Source of the DNA: Cyanophora paradoxa CCMP329
Lineage: Eukaryota > Plantae > Glaucophyta
NCBI GenBank assembly: GCA_004431415.1
Contig: QPMI01000300.1
Span: 1 to 43,515 of the forward strand
Direction: 5' to 3'
DNA: 43,515 nt
The position numbers were made by a program, and so were the translations under genes. Shown here piece after piece: positions 21,114-33,499 of the stretch (positions are counted from its first letter, which is position 1; each line of letters opens with the position of its first letter). Under the pieces are notes generated by a model that saw only the letters and a program-made list of their open reading frames with translations, did no database searches and had not been told where the DNA came from.

Positions 21114-21186
21114 ACACATATGAATATTCATATTTTAATCCTGAGGCGGAACGCCGAGGGATTAAAATATGAATATTCATATGTGT
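21114..21186. repeat. Perfect 28-bp inverted repeat (hairpin) at the virus-host junction
   Basis: acacatatgaatattcatattttaatcc (21114-21141) and ggattaaaatatgaatattcatatgtgt (21159-21186). The 17-bp spacer contains ggcg-gaa-cgcc. Confidence 0.95.
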
Positions 21187-21245
21187 CGCACCGCCCTGGC
21201 ATTGCTGCATGCGGTGATGACCTTTCTGTCGGGTTTGCGCCGCAG

Positions 21246-24200
21246 AGGAGAAGTTTGCCGCTGCAGCATCGTTTGCAGCCCAGCCCGTAACAGACGGGCC
21301 GGTCACGGGGCCTTTCCCGCCAGGCTTCATCATAGGCGGCTGTGCGTCGTGGAACTTCTGTTAATTCTTCGACGTTCCGGTACTTAACGTGCGGAGCGCG
21401 CGCACAGCCGCCACGGGATGCCCGCCGGACAACAAGGTGGAGGTCCTGGCTCTCGGGAGGACGCAGCTGCCCTCCCTTTGCGACTACCCCGTCGTCGGCT
21501 CTGTTCCAGTGTGCGGAACGGAGCAGGACCACGCGGTGCAGTTCCTGGTGCGCTTCGTGGCACACGTGCACACCTGATCGCGAGTTGTTTCCAAGCTGAC
21601 GCGTGCGTGCGCTAACGCCAACCAGTTCAACGTTTCCAAGCCGGGAATGTACCGCTTCGACGCGACCGCTTCGGGTTTCCCCGGTGCTTGAAGCTGCGCG
21701 GGTCATTTGTTGGAGCTCGGTCCGAATCTAATCATTCTCATCAGCCGTGCTGGACATCCGCAACCGTGGCGAGTGCAGCCCGCGCTCCTGCACCAAGCCC
21801 ATTCGCAACGCGCAAGGTGCTCGGTTGCGGCGACCTCTCATTTGAGTTCTCCGGTGTTGAGAACCGTTCGGTAGGGGAAGCGAGCCGCAAGACTTCGCTC
21901 ATGCTGCTGCTCAAGGGCGTGGAGGAGCTCGCGATCAACATCGGGATGGAGGGCGGCGGCTGCGGCCCCGGGCCCGTCGTCCTGGACATCTCCTACGAGA
22001 CGCCCTACGACATAAACATCCTCGTCGCGCCGAGCCTCGGCCTCAACAACACGGAGCTCGGCTCCGCGATGCCCTCAAAGGACACGCCCATCATCTTCAA
22101 CCGGCCCGACCTCGCCTTCGACTTCGCGTTCAGCCGCGTCGGCTCGTTCGGCCCCGGCAAGGAGGCGCGCGCCCACCCGCTCGCGCGCGCCCGCATGCAG
22201 AACGCCACTGCATATGCATGTGACGCGCTTTGCGATTGACGTGTTCGCTCTTAGATCGGCATCTTCCTGGAGCCGAGCGACATCGTCAAGAACGGGACAA
22301 GCACCAGGTGGTGGATCCCGGAGCCGATCGCGGGGGCCCAGGGCTCGAAGATCTGGGTGCGCAATGAGCACAAATTTTATATAATTATGTTCTAGAGCGA
22401 CCAGATCGTCCCGCCCATCTGACCGTTCACGTCGCGCTGCGCAGGTTCGGTCCATCAGTGGCATGCCGACCGGCCCGATGTCCGCACAAGACACTCGCCT
22501 GCAGTGCGTTTCTTGATCAAATGCATATGCGCGATTCCGTATTCCGTTCCTGAATTGACGGCCCATACTCTCAGCTGCGCCGGCCTCGGTCCTGCGTTTG
22601 TGATCTCGCACTCGTCACCTCTTGTCGTGCCTATGGTACAGAATCTTTCACTTCAAATTTAACACGACCCGGCAATCTGCGATATTAATATTCTCCGCTC
22701 AGGGCCTCATGCTCATCAACTGCTCGCGGAACGGGGTCATCCCGCCTCCGTCGTACATGAACCCGCTCGACGCCGCGACCATTTCCATCTCCGGCGTCAC
22801 TAACGTTCCCCTCACGGCGAGTACTAGTTCCAGCCCTTTAATTTGCGCTCTCCGCTCTTATGTTTTTATAAGAGCGCCCAATGGACGCGCCGCGCTTTTC
22901 TTTCAAGTATCTGAGATGTAGAACGCAGGGACTCATGATTCTCGGCGGCTTCAACAATGCCACCATGGTTGGTGGCGCCGTCTCTCTCCGCGGCAAGGCC
23001 TCCGCCACCCTCGCGGGATGCATCTTCATGCGGGTGCTCACCGCTGGGGTTTGCGCCCCTAAAATGCTGCGTAGTCTGACTCCGTTGACGACCAGAACCA
23101 AGCTGGCTTGCACGGCGGCGCGGTGGCTGTCATGGAGGAGAGCTCTGCCACCTTCATCGGGTGCACCTTCCTGGACAACGAGGTGCGCCGAAGTCCGATT
23201 CCACGATAATAAATATGCTTTAGCGTCGCTTCGACGCCATTGCAATCGATTGACGCGGCGCGCAGGCCCTGGGCGGCGTGGGCGGCGCCGTCGCTGTCGG
23301 CTCTTCCGAGGCGGCCGCGGGCGAGGTTGTCTTCCAGGGGTGCTACTTCAAGGTCCGGATCCGCGATGTTTCTATCTGCGACATTCGTTGTTCGCAACCC
23401 GCGCGCTCTGTCCTCACGCGCGACCCGTGCGCGCAGCGCAACGAGGCGTTCTCGGGCGGAGACCCCGAGCTCGACCCGGCGAGCCGGTTCGGCGGGGCCC
23501 TCGCCCTCGTCCGCTCGACCTCCACGGTCACGATCAACGGCTCGAACTTCGACAGCAACACGGCCGACGCGGGAGGTGCCCGCGCGTGCTTTCAACGCTC
23601 CGAATCCTTTCGAATGTAACGTGGGGACGCCTTCCGGGGCCGCCGCACAGCTGCTATCTGGGCGGGGACGCCGGTCCGAGTTTCCTCCAGCCAGATCCTG
23701 ACCTCGTTCGGCGACGGTATCCACATCCGCAACACGGAGGCCGTCCTCGACACCATCATCGTCTCCGAAAACATGAACCTCGTTAACTTCGATGGTATGT
23801 ACCTCAAAACCCAAAGCTATGCCTGATATCAGCGCATCTAATTGACTGCGGCGCAGCTGGCGCGGGCCTCACTTGCACGGGCTCGTCGGGCAAGATCACC
23901 GCCACCACCTCTTCGTTCAGCGACAACGGTTCGGGGAGGATGGGTGCGCATATGTACATGCACATGCATGCGCCGCCTCCCAGCGACATGCCCCGCCTCG
24001 CCTCGAGCTGCAAGCGCACACCGCCTTCTGATGCTCCGGTCCGGCCGCTGATGCCTCCCTCCTTCAGGCGGCGGCGCCCTCATTCAGTCGGGCTGCTCCG
24101 CGAGCTTCTTCGGCTGCACTTTCGAGAGTGCGCTCTTCGTTTCATCGATCCCGACGCCGAAGCTCGTCTGACAATCTTTTCGCCGGACAGAGAACTTCGC

Positions 24201-26503
24201 CGTCATGGGCGCCGGCGTGGCCCTCGGCGAGCTGAACGAGGAGGCCGCGGCGCCGACCGACGCGGGGGCGGTCTCCTTCACGAAGTGCATCTTCCGCGAG
24301 AACAACGCGGCCGGCGTGAACGACCCCAACGGCGAGCTGGAGATCGCCGGCACGAAGATCACGATCCCGGTGGAGAGCGGCATGGGCGGGGGCCTGGCCG
24401 TCTTCGGCGCCTCGAGCCCCGTCCGCATCGAGCAGTGCATGTTCCGCAAGAACGAGGCCTTCATGGGTGCCGCCCCTGCGCCGGCGCCGCTCGCGCTCAA
24501 GCCTTGGCTTCCGCGGCCGTTGACCTTCGTCGCGTTCGCGATCGTGCGCAGGCGGCGGCCTTTTCTCCGCTGATGCGATCGAGCTCACCGGCGAGCCGTC
24601 TGGCTTCGACGAGAACACGGTGCGCCACTTCCCCGCTGCTCGATTCAAGCCCGCCGCTGATCATGATCTGCTGCGGCGCCAGGCTGGTTTCGCGTGGTAC
24701 ACGGACGCCGAGCTCAAGCCGACCCAGATGGGCGGTGGCGCCCTCGTCATGATGACCGCCGCGAAGCGCGGCGGCGCCGTCCGCATCAACAACTCCCTCT
24801 TCCACCGCAACATCGCCCTGGGCGCCTTCGGCGGCGGTGAGGCCGTTCGCGATCACGTTCAGTAGGTTTAATCCGCGAGAGCGCGCGAAATGACGCGCGC
24901 ATGCTCGAACAGGTCTGGCGGTCATCGGCGCCAACATCCACTTCAGCGGCACGACGTTCATCCAGAACCAGGTGCTGGGCGACAGCAGCCAGGGCGGCGG
25001 TGCGTGCAAGCTGCACCCGTGCACGCGCGTGCGCCTGTTGGCGAGCGAGCGCCCGGGGCGCGGGTCGCAGGCCTCTACGTGCAGAGCTCGAACGTGACGG
25101 ACGACTCGAACTATCTGGCGACGGACAACAACGCCATGGGCGCCTTCCTCAACGTCTTCCTCGCCGACGAGGCCATCGCCGTCGTCGACGGCGGCAAGGC
25201 CACCACCAACATGCGCTCCTGCTACCAGGTCCGCTTTGAAATTGTTGGCTCATCCTCCGTTCCTCTGCGCGCCCTGATCCGAGCTTTTTCGCGACCGCAG
25301 TGCTCACCGTGCCAGGTGCCCTGCCCTGCGAATTCGAGCTCCCCGCCCAACTTTAATAAGGACGGGCTTCTTATCGCGAGAGCCCGCCCGCAGATTTGCT
25401 CCGTCAAGTCTGGCCGCTGCCAGTTCCCGCCGAAGCTCGAGGAGTGGTGCAAGTTCACGAACAGCTGCAACAAGGACAGCTGCCCCTTCGTGGTGCGCGC
25501 TCGCTAGAGGCTACTGCGGTTTTTCGCGAGACATATGATACGACTCATGCAGACGATCGGCGCGGCGGTGTTCGACGAGTCCAACTTCCGAAGGTGCTAC
25601 ATTTAAGTTAAGCTAAGCAGTGAGGGCGGCGTCTCCGACTCACAGCGTCGGACGCGTGCGCGTGCGCAGCCTCTCGATCGACATCGACATCCCGTACACG
25701 GTCTCCGCCGAGGGCTCGGGCACAGCCATCCCCTGCAGCGCCGCCTTCGCCGCGGAGTCCCTCCCCACGCTCGGCAAGGGTGCGCATGCGCGCGCCGGCG
25801 ATTGGAATTGCGCGCCCGGCCCCGCGTCGGCGATTGGAATTGCGCGCCCGCGCAGTACACGTTCCGATGACTAAGCTTTCGCGCGCGTGCAGGGGCGACG
25901 TGCAAGCTGACGAGCAAGGCGTCCGGCACGGGGCGCCGCCGCGTGTTGCTCGGCCCGACGGGCAACCAGCTCATCGTGAACCTCGGCGCGGACTTCACGG
26001 CGGGGCCCGGCTCGACCCTCCAGATGCTCACGAGCGGGCTGCCCTCCCAGTACAGCGGCCTCTCCGACAGCGCCATTGTCCAGGTCCGCACCGAACGCTG
26101 GATAACATAGCTGTAATTAATAAGGGCTGAGTTCATAGCTTCGTATTCAAAGATTTACATAGCCATGGCCAGTTTGCGTCGTGTCGATGTTCGATTTATG
26201 CAATTTTCAAGTCTGGGTTTCGGAGCTCGAGCTCACTCGCCCCCGCCGCAGATTTCGCAGGCGACGGTGCGCCGCAGCGTGCTGGAGAGCGGCCTCCAGA
26301 TCGCGAACGGAACGCTCGCCTCGGCCTTCACCGCATCCACGAGCACCGGGGCCGGGGCCGGGGCCGGGGCCGAGGCCGGGGTCGGGTTCGGGACCTTCCG
26401 CTCGGGCGCCTTCGCGGGCGCGCGGGCCCCGCAGGGCCTCGGCTCCGCCCTGCTGCTCATCCTCACCACCCTCCTCGCCTCCCTCCTCGCCACTCTCCTG
26501 TGA
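21246..26503 (+). CDS. Host multi-exon surface/secreted protein with right-handed beta-helix (polymorphic-membrane-protein-like GGA(I/L/V) and FxxN) repeats and a hydrophobic C-terminus; 5' exons not seen
   Basis: Short GT..CAG introns. Exons include GGAVSLRGKASATLAGCIFMR, GGAVAVGSS, RFGGALALVRSTSTVTINGSNFDSN and KCIFRENNAAG, plus a Cys-rich segment. Ends GLGSALLLILTTLLASLLATLL*. Confidence 0.75.
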
Positions 26504-27340
26504 GTGCCCGGGACGGGGCGCGGTGTCAAGCGCCGCTGGCGCAATTGCAGTCTACGCATTCAAGTATCCGTAGATATCATAGTATAGCTAGCACACTTCG
26601 GCTTTCGCTCCGATTGAGTGGGAGCCCAAGTGATTTATCGATCCTCCTGTTTAACATGCATCTCCAAGTGTTAGATAGCAATTTTCGCTCGTTCGCAACT
26701 TTTAGAAGAATTGATCCTCTGTACTACAGTAGGTTGAGTGTAAGGTGATCACGCGAGAGCCATGCTTGTGATCATGATCATGGTATGAGCGATTATAAAT
26801 TTTCGCACGTCCGAATTAATTTCAATTGCAACAATTGCATGACTTGACTAGTACTCGCAATTGCGCGCGTTCCGGGATCCGGATCCCGGGTAGACGCCCA
26901 AGCCACTTAATCGTAAAAGGTCCAGGGCCGCTGGGCCACGGGGGCCTTCGGGCTCGAATGAAGAGATGGCGAGGGACATGAGCGACTTCGTTCCTAGGCC
27001 TTGGCCTGCAAGCCGATTTAGTTCCAGATCTAGAGTCCCGACTCGGCGAGGCACCAGGCTTCTTATGAATGAGGCAGATCCTGAATGAGAGTCCCGAGGC
27101 ACCAGGCTTCTTTTTAGCAGTTACGGTTTGCTATTTTCGCAGACCTTCCTACTGAAATTCCGAAGTTCCGAGCGTGTGAATTTGCGCAAAGATCGAATGT
27201 TCGCAGACATTTTCTTTAATTTGCACCCGGATTCCGACCTCATGCATGGTGATCAAAACCTGAGGGCCCCGAGTCCGAGTCCCGGGGCTCGCAACAGTTT
27301 TTGCACGTGCACCGCGGCATCATCAACATTCTGCCGCTAA

Positions 27341-30300
27341 TCACGCGCGGTGGAAGGCGTGGCCGCCGGCGCTCGGAGCGCAGTAGAAGCGGAGCGGGGC
27401 GCTGACGGGCCAGTATCCCGGCGGCGGGCACGCGGGGGCGGGGCCGCCGGCGTCGGGCGGGCCTTCCCTCTCGGAAGCGGCGGAGCGGAGGAGGGTGAGG
27501 GTGAGAGGCGCCGCCTCGCTCCAGGGCCGCAGGCGGAGGGCGACGCGGCCGGCGAGGGCGGCCCGCCCGGGGCCCGTCGGGAGGGTGCGGAAGGCGGGGC
27601 GGGCGGCGGGGAAGAGGAAGCAGGCGCCGTCGGGGCAGGCGACGTGCAGGGCGAGCCGGCGCGGGTCGGTCTCGCCCTCGAGGCGCGCCGCGAGCGGCAG
27701 CTCCAGCGGCAGCGCCGCCGCGAACTCCAGCGGCCTCTCCCCGTTCCTGTTCGGCCGCGTCGGGCGGGGCGGGGCGGGGCGGGGCGGGCGGGGCGGGGCG
27801 GGGCGGGGCGGGGCGCACGGGGCCGGCTCGTCGATCTCGGCGCGGGCGCGCTCGACGCCGCGCAGGCCGGCGAGCCACTCGGCGCCGGCGAGCTCCTCCA
27901 GAGCCCGCGCCGCAAAGGCCGCCGGCTCGGGCGGCGCCCCTTCCCGGAGGGTGGCGGCGGCGCCGTCGGAGTCGCCGGCGGCGCGGAGGGCGTCGGCGAG
28001 GGCGGCGAGGGCGGGGCCGGGTCCCGGGGAAGCGAGGATGGCGGCGAGGGCGCGCAGGCGGGCGGCGTGGGCGTGGGCGGGGCCGGGCAGGCCGAGGAAG
28101 AGGGCCGTCAGCCGGTCCGCCTCGGCCCGCAGCGGCGCGGCGAGCGCCGGGCCGCCCCCCCGCGCGCCTCCGCCAGGAGCGCCCCGAGCGGAGAAGGGTG
28201 CGCAGGCACGCGCAGAGGGCCGCCGGCGCCCCGCCCGCCCCGCGAGCCGCCCGAGGTCCCGCCCGCAGGCGGCGGCGGCCGCGGCGGCGGTGCGCGGCGC
28301 GGCCGGCCCGCGAGCAGCCGAAGCGCCGCGGCGGCCGTCCGCAGCGCGAGGCCGGCGGGGTCCCTCTCCGCAGCCGCGGCCGACTCGGCGGCCGCGGCGG
28401 CCGCCGGCGGGCGCAGCACGAGCAGCGGGGGGCCCGAGGGGGGCGCGGGAGGGGCAGCGGGACGGGCGGGGCGGGGGTACGGAGGGCCGCTCGAGGCCGT
28501 CGGTGGGGAAGGTCACGGGGGGACGAGGTCGGGGTACTTGTCCCGGAGCACGCGGTAGTGCCGCACGACAAAACGTGGAAGCCTGCGGCGCGCGTCGGCC
28601 GTTGACGATCGGCGGCGCGGCGAGGGGCGAGACGCACCGCTCGGCGAGGGGCGCGGGCTCCCCATCGTCGCAGTCGGAGATGCGCGGCGGGAGGAGGCAG
28701 CCGGGGCCGTCGGGGACCCCGCCAGCGCCCGCGCGCGCTTCGCCGGCGGCAACGGCCAGGGCGGCATCTCCGGGGCGCGCGCGGTGGCCGCCGCCTCCGC
28801 CGCGTCCGCCGCCTCCGCCGCCGCTGCGGCGCGGGTCGATCGGAATGCGCCACGGCGGGACGGGCCGGGAGGAGGAGTGGGAGGGGGGTACCGGCGTGGT
28901 ACAGAAAGACTAGTACGGCGGCGTAGAGGGGGTCGCTTGGCTCGTACGCGGGCGCGGCCCCCGTCCTGCCGCCGCCCCCGCCCCCGCCGCTTCTCAGGCG
29001 CGCGGCAAAGGCGGCGGAGGAGGGCGCGGCGGAGGGCGCAGGCGCACGGGTCGATGCGGAGGAGGGCCTGCATGAGCTCCCGCCCCTCCGCCGCGTGCCG
29101 CTCGCCGAGCCGCGCCACACACTCGTACACGCTGCGCGCAAGGCGGAGGCGGGTCGGCGGAGGCGGGGCGGCGCAGGCGGGGCGGGGCGGGGCGGGGCGG
29201 GGCGGGGCGGGCCTGGGGAGGTCGCCCGGGTTCCGCTGGAGGCACGCCAGGAGGGCTTCGATCGTCTTCTGCACCAGCTCCGCCGACGGGATCCGCAGGC
29301 CCCTGCCCGGCCCGGCCCGGCGGGCGCGACGCGTCGGACAGAGCGCTGGCGCTGGCGGCGAGGACGGGGAGCCGCACGCGAGGAGCGAGTGGACGGCCGA
29401 GCGCACGTCGGCGTTCTTGTCCTCCAGCGTCTTCAGGACCTGCGAGCAAGGGGGCCTGAGGAGGTGCACCCAGCGAACGGCGCCCAGCAGCGGCAGGGGC
29501 GGGGGCGGGGGTACGCACGACGAGGAGCTGCTCGGGGCGGAGGGCGGCGGCGCGCGCGCAGATCTTCGCCACGCTGTGGATCGCCAGGATCCGCACCTGC
29601 CGCCGCCCCGTGTCGGGGCCGGCCGGCTGGCGGCGGGGGCCGGCCTGGGGCGCGGCTCTAGGCCGGGCCGGATCTAGTCCTAGGCTCCAGGCCCCAGGCA
29701 GGGGCGGGCCCGGCGGGCCGGGCCAGGGGTGGTTCAAGGAGTCTGGGGGCGGGGCGGGCACGGCGCCTATGTCGTTTTGAGCCGCATCCTCGGCCCTTGG
29801 CCCTAGGCCCTCGCCGGGGTGGAGCGTGGCTGGGGCGCGGCGCGGCAGGCACGGCGCCGCTAGGCTGGGGGCTAGGCCCTAGGCCCTAGGCCCTACGCAG
29901 GGCGGGGCGGGGCGGGGGTGGAGGCGGGGCGGGCGGGGCGGGGCGGGGGTTCGCTAGGGCAAGTGCCCTAGGCCCTATGCCCTAGCCTGGGCGGAAGCGG
30001 GCGGGGGCGGGCACGGGCGGGGCGGGGCGGGGGCGGAGGCGGGCACGGCGTAGCTAGGTTCTGGGAGGGTGGGGGGAGGGAGGAATGAGGGTGGGTGGGT
30101 GGGGGTGGGGTGGGGTGGGGGTGGGGTGTTGGGGGGGGGGGTGGGCAGGGGGTACGGCGTCGATGTCGTCGTGGAACATGTCGACGAGGAAGTCGACGGC
30201 GCGCGCCGCCAGCTCCCGGCTCCGCAGCGAGAGCTCCCGCACCGCCTCCACCGCCGCAGAGCGCACCTCCTGCGGGGGACGAGAGGGGGTGGGGAGGTGG

Positions 30301-32054
30301 GTGGGTGCGCGGGGGAGGATGATGGAGCGTCGGGCGGGCGGGCGGGGTGGGCGGGGCGGGCGGGTGGGTGGGGCGGGCGCGAGGACTAGGACTAGGATTC
30401 TAGGATTCTAGGACTAGGAAGGATTCTAGGATTCTAGGACTAGGAAGGATTCTAGGACAGGATCTTAGGATCCTAGACTAGGACAAGTACTTCTCATAGG
30501 ACTTCTCGTTCCGTTATACGATGTGAATCCCCTAGTCCAAAAGGACTAGGACTAGGATCCTAGGACTAGGACTAAGAATTTTACTGAAGTCCGAAGAGGA
30601 GCGGACCTCGAACTCATCCTCGAGGCCGTGGACGAAGGCCCCCGCGGCGCCGCTGTCGAGGAGCCGCCCGCCCTCCCCGCCGGCCGCCGCCTCCGCCTCG
30701 TCGTCCCCCGCGTCCCCGCCCTCGCTCGAGACGTAGCGGCTCCCGGACTCGGCGACGCCCGCCACCCGCACCCCCGCGATCACCTGAGCCCGCCATCAGC
30801 GGAGGCGGGGCAGCGGAGGCGGAGGTGGAGGCGGGGGCGGGGGCGAGCGGGGCGGGGCAGCGGCGCCGTGGCGGGGGCGGGGCGGGGGCGGGGCGGGCGG
30901 GCCTCTTTGGAGAGGGTCTGGCGCAGGAGGGCCTCCTGGACGCCGTGCATGCCGCCGAGCACGCCGCACGCCAGCGCCCGCACCGCCGCGCTCGCGTCCG
31001 TCGTCTTGTTGCACAGGTGCGCGAACGCTGCGCCCCCGCCGCCCGCCCCGCGCACGTCGGTCGCCGCCGCCTCCGCGAGGCGGGGCGGGGCGGGGCGGGC
31101 GGAGGGGCCCGAGCCGGCACGCACCGTCGTCGACGAGGCGCGAGGGCCGCCCGCGCTCGACGGAGAGGGTCTCGTCGCCGTACGCGGCGCCGGCGGCGGC
31201 GACGACGCGCACCGCCGCCAGGCGCACGCACTCGGACCCGTCGTTCAGCGCCGCCACCGCCGCCTCGTACGCGCGCCGCGGCAGCCGCCCGCCGCGCTGC
31301 TGGAGCCGCAGCGCGCCGAGGAGCGCGGCGGCGCGGACGGCCGGGTCGCAGTCGGCGGCGAAGCGCGTGACGAGGTCCTCGACGTCGGCGGCGAGGGGCG
31401 AGGCGCCGGCGACGGGCGCGGCGACGGCGAGGAGCTCGAGGGCCGCGGCGCGCACGCCGCCCTCGTGGTCGGAGAGCTGCCCGAGCGCCGCGTCGACCAT
31501 CGCCGCCTCGCGCCGCGTCTCCCGCGCCGCCGCCACGCGCCCCAGCGCCGCCAACGCCGCCCGCCGCACCTGCGCCCGCCGCCTGAGCGCCGGAAGCGGG
31601 CGGGCAGCGGCGGGGGGCAGGGGGCGACCTTGCGGGAGTCGCGGCGGAGCTCGCCGAGGAGCGCCCGCACGATGCGGCCGGCGGGTGCCTCCTCGGCGAG
31701 GGCGAGGCGCCCGAGGAGCGCGATGAGCGACTCGCGGCACTCCTTGTCGGCCGTCTCGCCCAGGGCGAGGAGCGCGCCGTCCGCGTACACCTCGACGAGG
31801 CCGGGCAGGCGGAGCGGCAGCTGCTCCACGATGCCCACGATGGCGAGGAAGCACGCCTGCTCATCCTCGCCCGTGAGCGCGTTGAGCGTCTGCTCCACGG
31901 GCCCCGGCTCGAAGCCCGCGGTCGTCGCGTGCAGGCTCCGTATCCGCGCGAAGATCAGCTGACGCGGCGCGTCGATCGGCTCCACTCCTGGCCGCGCGAT
32001 GGTCGTCGCCGGCGCGGAGCCGATCGACGGCCCCGCGGCCGCCCGCAGCATCAT
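27341..32054 (-). CDS. INTS4: Integrator complex subunit 4 (HEAT repeats), multi-exon
   Basis: GAAGAFVHGLEDEF|EVRSAAVEAVRELSLRSRELAARAVDFLVDMFHDDIDAV and RHYRVLRDKYPDLVP match conserved INTS4 blocks. Exact exon boundaries not fully resolved. Confidence 0.88.
30382..30575. repeat. Low-complexity GGACTA/GGATTCTA (CTAG-rich) minisatellite in an INTS4 intron
   Basis: Repeated ggactag/ggattctag units. Confidence 0.8.
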
Positions 32055-32398
32055 GGACGCTCCAGAAGTGGCTATATTCCTAACCTGGCGCTGGTAGGTT
32101 GCCCAGGAGCGCCTGGGAGCGGCACTTCGGAGTCACCAGAAACGGGCCCTGCGCTCTGACGAACCCGCGTGTCGGCCGTAGTCAGCTCGCCAAGAGGTCG
32201 CTCGGCAGCGTCGTCGGGCGCACAGGGAGCGCGCAGCTCGCTCGTAGAGGCACGCGGCAGCTTTCAGCGTCGCCGGGCTTGGGGGCTCGATCTCTTGCAG
32301 CCTACCTGGCTTTCGAGGCGCTCCAATCGAAGCGAACCGCGAGCACGGCTAGCGAGTTCGGAGCACGCAAGCTGGCCCCGGCGCCTCCGTGAGGCGCG

Positions 32399-33058
32399 AT
32401 GGCGGCGGTGAAGCGCAAGGTTCAGATGCCCGTGGGGGATCGGGAGGTGCGCCCGGAACCTGCGCCCGCCACCACTCTAGCGAGGCGCGCCGACTCGCGC
32501 CTCGTGGCCTCACGCCCGCTGTAGGACGGCGACATCCTTGAGATCATGCCCATCGACATCGGGACGTGTACGGGCAGGCCGGGGCAGCGAGGTCGGCCGC
32601 TCCTGCTGCAGCTGCCTCCTAAAGCTCAAGGGCAAGCAGGTCATCGTGCGCTCGCCCCGCCTCCGCTCGCCCGCCGCCGCGATGCGCGCCTGAGCGGCGA
32701 GGTCCGGCCGCGGATCCCGCGGCGCAGTTCGACTGCGGTCAAGGGCAAGCAGGTCATGGTGCGCCGGCCTCCCGCCCGCCTCTCCCCTCGTCGCTCGCCC
32801 GCCGCCGCCGCGCCTGAACGCGCGGCGCTGTCGCCGGGCGGCGCAGTTCGACTGCGGGGTGCACCCGGCGCACACGGGTCTCGCGTCGCTCCCTTTCTTC
32901 GAAGAGATCGACCCCTCCACCGTCGACCTCGCCCTCATCACCCAGTGCGCATGCGCCCCGCCCGCGCCGCCCCGCCCGCCGCCCGCGCGAGCGCGAGCGC
33001 GTGGGGCGCCGCCGACCGTCCCCCCGCGCCCGCGCGCTCCGCCCTCACAGCTTTCACC
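32399..33058 (+). pseudogene. CPSF3: 5' fragment of CPSF73 (CPSF3/YSH1) metallo-beta-lactamase endonuclease, truncated
   Basis: MAAVKRK..., GxxSEVGRSC (garbled), KGKQVM|FDCGVHPAHTGLASLPFFEEIDPSTVDLALITH|FH. Homology stops inside the HFHLDH motif and no downstream exons were seen. Local partial duplication at ~32,620-32,760. Confidence 0.75.
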
Positions 33059-33499
33059 CAGTTGCAGTGCGCCCCGCCCGCCCGCTGCTCCACCGTACGC
33101 GTCGTATCGACGTCGAGGTGGGCGTCCAGGCTCCAGGCACGTAAAAAAGAAACTGGCCCCGTGCATCGTCGAACCCGATCCGGGGTACGTTAATACGCGA
33201 GGTGGTTCTCGCATTCGGCTGCGAGCTTAAATTTGCACCAACAGCTTTCAACTGCCAGCTGCCGCATTCGGGTGAGCCAAAGCCCAAGCAATCCGTTGCT
33301 ATTTGCGTGTCTTATTCCCGTCGTCCCCTGTAGCTGGCCTTCGACGCGAGCAACGTACGCGTCGACACTGGTGAGTCCTTCGCATCTTTAAGCCGTCGCA
33401 AGCTGCATAGAACAACTAGATGACGTTTTAGAAGCGCATTCAGCCGCGGCGCACGCGACGCGAGGGGCGCGCGGAGGGCGCGGACGCGGACGCGGACGT

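Larger units (their letters stand above)
1..21186. mobile_element. Endogenous Polinton-like virus (PLV)/virophage-like element, right portion; left end lies outside the window
   Basis: AT-rich, intronless block with MCP, two penton-like genes, an A32 ATPase, a primase-helicase and a PolB-like N-terminus. Composition switches abruptly to GC-rich intron-rich DNA at ~21,187, after terminal repeat and hairpin structures. Confidence 0.93.

Noticed and set aside
27030-27112. Direct repeat gagtcccga...gaggcaccaggcttctt
   Set aside because: Small local duplication with no element boundaries identifiable.
27240-31962. Many long Arg/Pro/Ala/Gly-rich ORFs (up to 633 aa) on both strands
   Set aside because: Stop-poor shadow frames of extremely GC-rich DNA overlapping the spliced INTS4 gene.
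32399-33058. INTS11 next to INTS4
   Set aside because: The sequence after DCG (VHPAHTGLASLPFF) fits CPSF73, not the INTS11 MHMG..D.RRFPDF pattern.
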